A DNA stretch of 64,000 nt from the human T2T-CHM13v2.0 reference genome, Homo sapiens, in NCBI RefSeq assembly GCF_009914755.1, contig NC_060944.1; one strand, 5' to 3'. Shown piece after piece: positions 42,335 to 56,378 of the stretch. The notes under the pieces were generated by a model, which saw only the letters and a program-made list of their open reading frames with translations, searched no databases and had not been told where the DNA came from. Position 1 is the stretch's first letter. Each line of letters begins with the position of its first letter. Made by a program: the position numbers and the translations under genes.

Positions 42335-43297
42335 TGATGTTAATGTAGCCCTCAAGATTTTAAAATTGGTGTTAACATGGTCTATATTTTTTCATCCTTT
42401 TACTTTGTACCTGTTCGTGTTTTTATATCTGAAGAGCATTTCTTGTAGGCAGCATATGTCAACATACCAAAATTTGCAGGATGCTGTTAAAGCGGTACTC
42501 AGGGGAAACCCAATAAGTTGGGCCCCAGATTCACCCCAGGTTTAAATCTTTTCTCTTGCTATTTGTTTTCTATTTGCCCTATCTATTCTTTGTTTCTCTT
42601 TTCTTATTTTTCTGCTACCTTTAGAATTAATCACATTTTTGTTATTCCACTGTATCTCTTGTTAATTATAGCCATAACTGTTTTATTTTAGTGCTTGCAG
42701 TATGGCTTACAATCTACACTTTAAACTTATTGCAGTGTACTTTCAAGTGATATTATATCAGTTCATGTATAGTACATCACAATAGCATACTTCCATCTCT
42801 TCGATCTTGTAGTATTATTATTATGTATTTGACTTTTATATGTGTAATAAGCACAACACTACATTGTTATTGTTTTTGTCTTGATGGTCATTATCTTTTA
42901 GAGATATTTAAATAATAAGAAAAATAATCCTATATATTTACCCATGTAGTTATTATTTTCAGTGCTCTTCATTCCTTTTTATAGATTCATATTTCTCTCT
43001 GGTATCATTTTCCTTCAGCCTGAAGGATTTTAACATTCCTTATAGTGTGAGTATGCTGGTGAGGAATTCTTTCAGCTTTAATGTGTCTGAAAAAGTCTTT
43101 ATTTTGCCTTCATTTTTTTAAGTTATTTTTGCTGGGCATGGAATTATAAGTTAACAGATTTTTTTTTCTGTATTTTAAAGTTGTTCCACTGTCTTCTCAC
43201 TTGCATTGTTTTTGACAAGAAATATGCTGTAATGTGTATCCTTGTTACCAGTATGTAACACATATCTTTCTTTTCTGGCTACTTTTAAGATTTTCTC

Positions 43298-43600
<303 letters not shown>

Positions 43601-43802
43601 TAAGATTTACTCTTTACCACTGGTTTTGAATGCTTTGGTTATGATTTACCTCCATAAGGTTTTCTTCATATTTTTTGTCCTTGGGTTCATTTAGTTCCTG
43701 AAATGTGAAGATTTATAATTTATAATTTTACACCTGGCAGAGTGCAGCACAGGAAACGAGAGGAAGTGTCAGAGCCCACAGCTTGGTGAAGGCCACTCTT
43801 GA

Positions 43803-44684
<882 letters not shown>

Positions 44685-44924
44685 TCACCCTAGAAGCTAA
44701 AAATACACAATGAGATTAAAGAAATGCCATTATAAACAGCAATGGTTCATCTTATTTGTATACAAAACTGGCAGGTTTTTTTTTTTTTTTAAATAAAGTC
44801 CAGCATAGACAAGAATGCAGGGAAATTGATCTTCCCAGACTCTATCAGGAGGGGTATAAATCAGAATCCCCTGCTTTTGTAGGGCAGGTTGGTACAGGAT
44901 TGTCACAAAGTTTGGGGGGTTTTA

Positions 44925-45510
<586 letters not shown>

Positions 45511-45584
45511 AAGGTTGGAATTTTATCTATGTTTGGCCTGGCAATTTCAGCTCCAGGAAATTTTAAGAAAACAGTTCAGATTGT

Positions 45585-45790
45585 TGGAGCCAAACAGTCA
45601 TGAGTTTGAACCTGGATGTACCACAGGTCACCAGTTATGTGACCTGGGACTAGTTACTCTACCTTTCTGAAGTTTCATTTGCTTATCTGTAAAATTGGGA
45701 TTTTAATACTTATATCATCTGGTTGTAGTGAGGTTAACTGAAGTAATGTGTGCAAGATATTCAGCTTAGGGCCAGACACAGCGCAAACCT
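45585..45790 (+). mobile_element. MIR
   Basis: atgtgacctgggactagttactctacctttctgaagtttcatttgcttatctgtaaaattggg. Confidence 0.75.
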
Positions 45791-45915
45791 TGTGCCCCTG
45801 GGGGATGTCTTGATGACGTGGATGGAAAAAACTGAGTCAGAAGTGGCCTCCACCAAGCTTTTGGTCCTGACACTTCCTCTCTATCCCTGATTATGTATAG
45901 GAAATAAAAAGGCTG

Positions 45916-46341
45916 AGCCGGACACAGTGGCTCATGCCTGTAATCCCAGCACTTTGGGAGGCCGAGGTGTGGGGATCACTTGAGGTCAGGAGTTCGAGAC
46001 CAGCCTGGCCAACATGGTGAAACCCCATCTCTACTAAAAATACAAAAATTAGGCCAGGTGCGATGGCTCACGCCTGTAATCCCAGCACTTTGGTAGGCCA
46101 AGTCAGGCGGATCACAAGGTTAGGAGTTCAAGACCAGCCTGGCCAACATGGTGAAACCCCATCTCTACTGAAAATACAAAAATTAGCCAGGCATGGTGGC
46201 AGATGCCTGTAATCTCAGCTACCTGGGAGGCCAAAGCAGAGGAATCACTTAACCGGGGAGGTGGAGGTTGCAGTGAGCAAAGATCTCACACTCCAGCCTG
46301 GGTGACAGAGCAAGACTCTTGTCTCAAAAAAAAAAAAAAAA
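45916..46341 (+). mobile_element. Three-monomer Alu (left monomer 45916-46051 plus full Alu 46052-46341)
   Basis: L-L-R arrangement inside one TSD, aaaaag(g/a)ctga. Confidence 0.9.
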
Positions 46342-46850
46342 GACTGAAAGACACACACCATAATATCAGAAGCAGTCATCTCTGGGAGAATAATTTTATT
46401 TTCCTAATGCCGTTCTGTTTTCTTCCAGTTTTCTACAGTGAACATATATTGCTTTTGTAACAAGAAAAAAATGACAATTAAAACACAGTGTGTCTCGTTC
46501 TTCCAGAGCCTGCCTTTGAAGGAGTGAGGAGCCTGATGGGCCAGGCCAGAGGAGGGTTTTGTGGGGGAGGTTCTGACCATATTGGTGGGGGCTCCAACTA
46601 TCGTGGTGGGGGCGGCAGGACTGGAGAAGGGCTAGGTTACTGCCCCTCTATGCCCCAGGCTAGAGCCAAGGTTGGACTCTGAGTGGAGATTATGGAGGGA
46701 GGTGGTGGACTATATGGCTTCTAGAGGTGGACCTATTTACTCTCCGTGGGACCTCAGCTCAGTGCCTTCAGTTCTCTGTGCCTTAGTTTCCTCATCTGTA
46801 AAATGTGCCTCTATGGGACCTACTTCATAGGGTAGCTGAGGCTTCAGTGA

Positions 46851-47173
<323 letters not shown>

Positions 47174-47944
47174 GACTTTTGAGTTTTTATTTTGAGTTTT
47201 TATCACAGTGCCTTGTGGACCATAAATGTTAGCTATTGTCACTGTTGTTGTTGTTATTATTATTATTACTATTATGAGTATCATCATCCACCATTCCCTT
47301 GCTTCCAATTCAAGTGGTGAGGAGAGAGGGCTGGGCTGTCCCTCACAAAGTGGGCCATGTGAGAGAGACAGCTCATCCCCCCTGGGGGCCTGTGGGGGGA
47401 GGCCACCCCATTTCCCTGGGCCTTGGCTTCCTCTCTCACCTGTGGGGATGGCTACTTCCACGTGGTGAGAAATAAATGGGTCCTCCTGTCCAGTGCCCAC
47501 ACTCCAAAGATGCCTATTGAGCGTCTGCTCCCAGCCCTTCAGGGAGGACCCATGCTGTCAGAAAACGAGGGGAAGAGTGTGAGAGGCCAGGTGGGAGGGC
47601 CAACTTGGGGTCAGGTGCCCAGCCACCGGGAGGCCCATCTCCGGCATCCCCAGCTGCCCCTCCTCCAGCTCACCGATGGCCTTGGAGGGAGCAGGACCAA
47701 CATGGGAACATTAATCCACCTCATTACCTCCCTTTGCTGTGGAGTTGTAGCAATTAGACCTGCAGTCTGGGCAGCATTAGGAGCCAGGCAGGGGTCACCC
47801 AGGCTGCTGGCCCCCTGCCGACCCAGCCTCAGCCTGGACTCACTCTGTCTCTGGGGAGAGGGGCCAGAGAAGGGAGTTCCCTGGCAGCAGAATCTCCCTC
47901 ATCACTAAAGATGGATGCAGAGATGGAAGCTTTGGCCTCTTTTC

Positions 47945-48420
47945 ACTTACCCACTCACAGGTGTTTAACAGATGTTTATGGAGCACCTACTGTGTGCCCT
48001 GGAGACAGATGTGGTCCCTGCCCTCACAGAGCTCTCAACAAAAGTAAAATAATTGCTGCTAGTATAAATGCTGTGATGGAGAGCAGCAGGGTGACAGGCG
48101 TCTGCTGGGGTGGTCAGGGAGGGCCTCTCTGGGGAGGTGACATTTGAGCTGAGACCTGAACACTTACAAAGGAGCCAGTCTTTTGAGGATCTGGGATCGG
48201 GTGGGGGTTCCAGGCAGGGAACAAACTGGGGAGGTTGTGCTGGCGGACATGTTCAGATGCGGCTGGAAAAGAGTCGGGGGCGGGTAGGGGGAGATGAAGT
48301 CAGAGAAATAAGGACAGGGGGTGCGTCTAGCCATAGGAAGGACATGGGTTTTCCCTGAGTCAAGCCAGAGACCTTGGAAAGCTTGGAGCTGGGAGGTGAT
48401 GTGATCAGATTCATGGGCAT
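47945..48420 (-). mobile_element. L2 fragment
   Basis: atgtttatggagcacctactgtgtgcc...ggtcagggagggcctctctggggaggtgacatttgagctgagacctgaa. Confidence 0.8.
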
Positions 48421-48630
48421 GAGACTTCCTCTGGAGAAGGGATGCCCAGGAGAAGGCTGGGCCAGTCATCTGGACGGGATGGAGAGGATGAGGTCTGGGT
48501 AGGGGCAGGAGGCTGGGCTGGGCAAGGGATTCAGAGCCTTCCAATGAGTCCTTCCCAGCCTTTGAGCCTCATCCTCTTCACCAAGAAATGGCCCGATCTC
48601 CACGGCCCCCCTCCTTTCCTCTCCTTTTGA

Positions 48631-48941
<311 letters not shown>

Positions 48942-51609
48942 GTGCCATCTTGGGTGCCTCACTGTGCATCATCTGTCCCGGCAGCCCCAGGAGGAGGTGC
49001 CCCCATTTCACAGGTGAGGAAGTGGAGACTCAGAGGGGAAAGGAGTTGCCCAGGATCAGAGCTGGGCCTGCCTGGGTCTCTATTCTCTCTAGCACCTCCC
49101 CTCCCATCCCAGCCCCCCACCAGTCAAGGCCCCTTCTGAGCCCTGACCTCAATTTTCCAAGGTAAGGCAGCTTGTTAGCATCTCAAAGAACACTCTCGCC
49201 TGCCACCATGTATATTCATGGAGCTTCAAAGAGGAAGCTCCAGACAGGAGGCTCTTTCTTTCCTTCCAAGAGCAAATTCTCACCCTCTCAGATGCAGGAT
49301 GTAGTCTGGCTGGAAAAAGACTTATTTTTTCTTCTTTCTCTCTCTTTTTTTACTAGCTAGTAAAAGGGAGATGCTACCTCCGGCTCTTAACGACTGAACA
49401 TTTGTTCTGCCTGGTTGGTTTGAGAAGTTGTGGGGGCTTCAGAGACCTTGGCCTTGCAGTGGATTCCGAGGCCATCTGGTCCCACTTTGAGGGTCACAGA
49501 GGATGGGGACAGGGTTCAGAGGGCATCAGGGCAGCATACTCATCCTGCTGCAAATGCACCATGAAAATGCAGCTCTTCTCCTTCTATTGGTGTGTGCTTG
49601 ACATTTTTCATACTAAGAAGTTAATAGAGGGTTTTTTTTTCTAAAACCCCTGAGCTCCCTGAGCACCTCACTCCGTTCCAGCCACTCTACCTTTGCCCAC
49701 GCTTCCCCTCTGCCTGATGCGCCTCTGTGTGCCTGGTGGATTCCCGTGCATGTTTCAAGGCTTGATTCCAATGTCGCCTCCTCTCAGAAGCCTCCCCTGA
49801 CTCCCTGGGTGGTCATGGCTGTGCTATGCTTCCTCCTTTATCCAGTGGATGGCTTTGATTCCTTGTAGCAGTCCTGTGAGGAAACTGAGGCTTGCCCAAG
49901 GCTGCATAGCATGGGTGAGGATTCAAATGTGTGGGTTGCTGTGTGACTCCCCGCGAACCACTCTGCCCTTCTGCCCTGCACATCACACGGCATTCTGTAG
50001 GCCAGGTCTTCCTGGCTGGGTCTGCCCCTGCTGGCCTCGAAGCCCTTCAAGGGTGGGTCCACATGGGTGTGGATCTTGGGTACCCAGCTTCGGGCTGTTA
50101 CTGAGGATGCACTGACAGGTGTTTCCCAAATGGGTGAAAACATAGATAATTTTCCCCACTCCCTGCCATTATGGAGCTAAGGCAGAACTTGGGAAACTCA
50201 TGGGACCTGCCTTTAGAGGCACTAGGAGCAAGAAACCCAGGCAGGCTGGAAAGCCACTGTCCCCACCCAGCGACCCACAACCCACAGGGGTGACCAGGTA
50301 TCTGGGGAGTGGCGACTCTGTGGACAGCAAGGATGTCGTGTGTGCTGCGTCATTCAGCAAACACAGATTGAGCTCTGTGTGCCAGGCACAGGGCTGGGCA
50401 CCAGAAGCACAGCGGTGAACAAGCCAGACCCAGCCCCTGGCCTCCCAGGGCTCTCACATGAGAGGTGGAGGGTGGGCAGACCAGAAATTGACAAAAATGC
50501 TACAGTGTGGAAAACAACAATTAGGGGGTTGGTCTGCAGGGCCTCTGGGGGCTGGGAGAGTTATCAGAGACTTTTCAGGGGGTATTACTGAGGCTGAGCT
50601 CTGCTGGCTGATGGCGAGCTGGTCAGGGAGGTGTCTGACCAGCATCCTGCAAAGGCCACGAGGTGAGAGAATCTAAGCTCACTCAGGGAACAGATGAGAA
50701 GGAGTGTGACCCGAGGGCCGGGGAAAGGAGAACCATTGAGGTCTGAGGGGCATAGCAGCGGAGACAGGGCTTGGCTTGTGGTTCGAAAAGCCCCCTGTGT
50801 GTGCAGCAGGGAGTGCAATTTGCAGGGGCCCAGGTGGCCATGGAGACCCCACGTAGGAGGCTGGTGCTGTTTTCAGGGGAGATGAAGGTGGCCTGAATCG
50901 GGACAGGGGCTGGGGAGGTCAAGGCGAGGGGCCAACCCAATTTTAGAGGCAGAGCCTGCTGGATTTTGTACTGGGCTAGGTGAAGGGCAAGGAAGGCAGT
51001 CTGGCTGAGCCCTGGAGGTGAGGAATGCTGGTTACTGAGATTGGGAGTTGGGGCTGCTGGAGACACGGCAGCTAAGGCTTTCTTTGTGAGGATCTCCACA
51101 GTGGCCTAGGGGCAGCTGGGTCGCCGGCACAGGGTGGTCCCTTTCCCCCAGTCCTGCCTCTCAGCCTGTATCTGGGACCGACGTGTCTATTGGAGGTGAA
51201 AATCATGCCTCCCGCCTGAGCCCGATTGCCCCCCGGGGGTGGCAGAACGCCAGGTGCCCATTTTAATTCTCCGACAGTCATACTGCTTTATTGTTCCTAT
51301 TTGGGATTTTATTATTATTGCTGTTAATGGTTTGAAAAGGCCTTTTAATTAAAGCTGCAGGTTGGAGCTGGCACCTGAGCCCCTGGGGTGGGTGGGAAGA
51401 AGCCTTGCCAAGCGTTCACCCCACCTCTTACAGAGCTGGAGGCTTTTGAGATGGGGGCTGTGAAGCCTTCCATGGGGAGACTAGGGGACCCTGCCGTTGA
51501 GACCATGGTACAGCCACCGCCAGGCCTCAGTTCTCTGCCTGTGATACAACCAGAAGATTTTCCCAGCACAGATGGCATGACATTGATTTGTAAATGGACC
51601 TGTTGGTAG

Positions 51610-51830
51610 GGAGCTGGTGGGACACACCTGGGTTTCAGTCTCATCTTTGCTGCTTACTGGCTGCAGGACCTTGAGCAAGATGCTTAAATGGCCGCAGCCT
51701 CTGTTTGCTCATCTATAAAATGGGAGTGCTGAGTTCCTGCCTCCATAGGGCTGTTAAGAGGAATAAAGAGATGATCCAACCCCTGGCCCAGGCTGAACAC
51801 TCAATAAATGGGGGTCATGTTATTGTGACT
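51610..51830 (+). mobile_element. MIR
   Basis: gaccttgagcaagatgcttaa...gcctctgtttgctcatctataaaatggg...ctcaataaatg. Confidence 0.75.
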
Positions 51831-54581
51831 GTCGAGACTGTGGGGATCAAGCGAGGCTGTGTGTCTGAGCCTAGCACGTGGTAGATGCTCCGGACACAGC
51901 TGCTCCGGACACATCAGCTGCTCTTATAGCAGATGTTGCTGCCTTCTCCTCCCCTTCTTCCTCCCTCTTGTTCCCGAACGTGCAGGAGGTTTGACCCGTC
52001 TTTGCCTTTGCACATGCTGTTTCCCCATCCGTCGTGCCTCCCTTCATCTTTTGCCCACCTGGACATCCTTTTTGACCCAGGTGTGGAGCTGCCCCCTCTG
52101 GGAAGCCTTCTCCAGCTCCTCCTTTGGGACCTGGTTTCCCAGAGCTGCCCAAGCATCCCCTCTTAGGGGCCTGGTCTCCCTGCCTGTAATGACTTGTTTA
52201 CTCCCAGGGGTTGCAAACTCAGGGGCCTGCAGGACCTGGCAGATCAGATCAGAGAGGAATATTGTCGAGTGAAGGATGACAGGTTCCTGTTTCTAAGCGC
52301 TGCTCCCACCCTGTGGCCAGGGCCCTCCTCCCCTGCCTCCAGAGGGACAGTTCCCTTTAGAGAGTTTGCCAATCCAGTCCATGCCCATGGAACACCTATA
52401 GTGTGTTGCCCTGAGCTGCGGGGCACCTCCACCACGAACTTCCTCCATTTCCATCCTCGTAACCACCTACGACATCTTTCCATGCCCATTTGGCTGACGA
52501 CGAGACAAAGGCCACAGAGCTGAAGTTTCTGGCCTCCAGGGTCACCTAGGAGACAACTGTTGATGCCCCATCCTGATTTCCTCCCCTGACCAATATTGGC
52601 AGCTCCATCAGAATCATGTTCTTCCCTAGGACCCTTGCGCTTGCTGTTTCCTCTGCCTGAGACTCTGCCCCCAGACACCTGCAGGGCTTCCCGCCTGTGT
52701 TAAATGTCGCCTCCTCAAAGAGCCCTCCTCTCACCCTTCTCCCTGCTCTGTTATGCCTATGGCTGTGATCACACCCTGACATGTTGTACATTTGTTTGTT
52801 TAATCTGCATCTTTCCCACCGGACTTCAAGTCAGCAGCCCTGTGTGTTTGGCTTACATCTTATCTCCATTCCCTAGGATGATGGCTGGCATGAGTACCAG
52901 CAGGTGTTTGTGGATGAGTGACTCTCCTAACTGTGGGTGTGTGTGGGACTAAGGGGACAATGGGGGTCCAGCAGTCCCAGGGGCAGGGAAACTGGGAAAC
53001 TGGAGGGCCCAGAGGGCAGCCCCCATCAGCTGCTCCCCACTCCTCTGGTTTCCTTGGCTGCCTTGATGTGCCCACCCTTGACTGTGGCCTTGCATCCAAC
53101 CAGAGTGGGCGTCAGTCCAGCTTTGCTCCCGCCTGCTGTGGAGACAGCCAGCCCCCTTCTCCTTCCTGGGGCCACTGGAGCCCAGCAGACCCCAGAGGGG
53201 CCCCCAGCCCGCACCCAGTCTCCCATCTCAGCCCCCTCTCTGCTGTGCGCACACCTCTCCCTCCTCCTACAGCAAATACATTTTGGACTTAAAATAAAAA
53301 GCAGATACGGCGGAGGAAGGCGGAGGGAGCTGGGGGAGTCGGGAGAGAGTGGGTGGGGCCCAGCAGCAGCTGCAGCCGCATTTCCCCATGGTGGGTGGGG
53401 ATGACCAAACTCATTCTGCGCATCAGAAACTGGGTCTCAGAGAGGTTAAGTGACTTGCCCAAGGGACAAGGCCCAGATACAGCCCCAGCGTGATCTACAT
53501 ACATACTGGAGGTCAGGCTCACTTCAGCCCTGAGGGCAAAGCCAGAACCAACAGGATGTTTTAGGGGTTACTGCTCATTCGCTCAATAATTCATGGAAAT
53601 GACATGCTATGCCCAGCGGCAGGCTGTGGAGGGGGATGGGAGGGAAGTGGTGGGGGTGGTGGAGGGGGCAAGGCCCGCTGGGTAGGTGCAGGGAAGGCTT
53701 CAGGTTGGGGATGTGAAGGATGAGTGGGCATTCCAAGCAGCTGGGGAAGGCGGGAAGGGAGTCCAGATAAAGAGGGAGTCCTAAGCCACTCAGTGCTGAG
53801 CTGAGATGGGCCTGAGAGGGCTGGGTCTGCCCTGTGCTGTGGGCTCTGGAGGGTGGGTTCAGGCACAGACAGGAGGCAGGGACACTGGCTGCTCCTCATG
53901 GGGTCTCCTGACTCTGGGATCCTGAGGGTTAAATTTGCAGCGGATGCAGTTGTCACAATAACCCCTCCTCTGGGAAGCGGGTGCTTCCCCCCCAGGATGT
54001 TTCAAGCCCAGACTTCCCCACCCCTCTGTGTCCCTCTGCAGCCCATGGCATTGTGCCCTTTCTGCCTCTTCTGGTGGGAGAAGGCCTAGGCTGGTTGTTG
54101 CCTGCTACCTGTGCTGGGATTGGTGGTATGCCTGTGACCCCTCCTGATGGATGTCAGCCTGCTGGGCACCCACAGGCCCTTGCCTCCCCATCCCTGCCTA
54201 CCTTTAGCCTCACCACTATGCCAAGAGGGAATGGGGCTTGGCCTGTGCCAGGATGAGGAAGCCGAGGCCCCAAGAGGGGAGGGGAGGGAGGAGTGGGATT
54301 GGGGAGTCTGGAAGGCCTGGGTCTGCCCCAGTCCTGTGGTCCACATGTGTGGGCAAGTAGCTTGTGCCCCTGAACCTCATGGTCCTCAGCTGCCCAGGAA
54401 GCTGGGAAGGTTGCAGGGTTGGGAGGGGAGCTTCTTAAGCTGTGTGTGACGCCCTGGACACATGGTGTGGGGAGCTCTGTCTGCTGAGAGCTGGGCACTG
54501 GCAGGGACTCACCCACGAGTGCAAGGGGGGAGGCAGGAGGGCCCATCTGGAGGCTACTGGAATGGTAGTAAGAAACACCAT

Positions 54582-55400
<819 letters not shown>

Positions 55401-55688
55401 TTTTTTTGAGATGGAGTCTTGCTCTGTTGCCCAGGCTGGAGTGCAGTGGTGCGATCTCAGCTCACTGCAACTCTGCCTCCTGGGTTCAAGCCATTCTCGT
55501 GCTTCAGCCTCCCAAGTAGCTGGGACTGAAGGTGCGTGCCACCATGCCTGGCTAATTTTTGTATTTTTAGTAGAGACGGGGTTTCACCATGTTGGCCAGG
55601 CTGGTCCCGAACTCCTGACCTCAGGTGATCCACCCGCCTCAGCCTCCCAAAGTGCTGGGATTACAGGCGTGAGCCACTGCACCTGGCC
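55401..55688 (-). mobile_element. Alu (AluS-type)
   Basis: Full antisense dimer. Confidence 0.95.
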
Positions 55689-55690
55689 TG

Positions 55691-55948
55691 TTTTTTTTGT
55701 TTGTTTAAGGCAAGGTCTCTGTCTGTAGCCCAGGCTGGAGTGCAGTGGCACGATCTCCGCTCACTGCAACATCAACCTCCTGGGCTCAAGTGATCCTCCC
55801 ACCTCAGCCTCCTGAGTAGCCAGGACTACAGCCACCACCCCTGGCTAATGTTTTTTAAAAAAATTTTGTAGAGACTGAGTTTTGCTCCAACTCCCACCTT
55901 GGCCTCCCAAAATGCTGGGACTGCAGGCCTGAGCCATGGCGCCCAACC
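55691..55948 (-). mobile_element. Alu (AluJ-type) with internal deletions
   Basis: Antisense dimer missing two internal segments. Confidence 0.85.
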
Positions 55949-56327
55949 CAGTGTGTGTTTTGATGTGCTTATTCTGCCCCCTGAGTAAGGGAGTTAGAGG
56001 AGGCCAGAGTGGAGCAGGGGAATGCGGGGCACAAACTCCCAGTGGGCCATCTGCAGGACCAGCAGTGTGGCATTTGAGGGGGACTGAGAAGGCTGTGTTT
56101 CCTGTGGAGAGGCAGAGCCAGTGCTGGCATTTGCTCATGGAGGGGACGCACAGCTCCGGCAGAGGCGTTAAGGTGGGAATGGCAGAGGAGGGAAGATCCC
56201 AGAGGGCCTGAGCTCTGGACCTCCGGCAAGAGGTGCATGCTGGACAGGCAGTGGAGGCTGGGTTGGGGGAGTGAGGCTAAGGCAGCCGCAGAGCGGGGAA
56301 GGAGAGGAGCCTGGAGTAGCCAGGGGT

Positions 56328-56378
56328 GTTGATTAGCATATTCATGATCTTGCCGCCCACATGAATATGCTAATCAAC
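56328..56378. promoter_or_regulatory. Perfect inverted repeat (19-bp arms, 13-bp spacer) containing two POU-type composite motifs
   Basis: gttgattagcatattcatg (56328-56346) - atcttgccgccca - catgaatatgctaatcaac (56360-56378). The palindrome is certain; the regulatory role is inferred. Confidence 0.55.

Noticed and set aside
51886-51922. 15-bp tandem duplication tgctccggacaca; similar 12-bp duplication near 16750
   Set aside because: Ordinary slippage duplications with no further structure.
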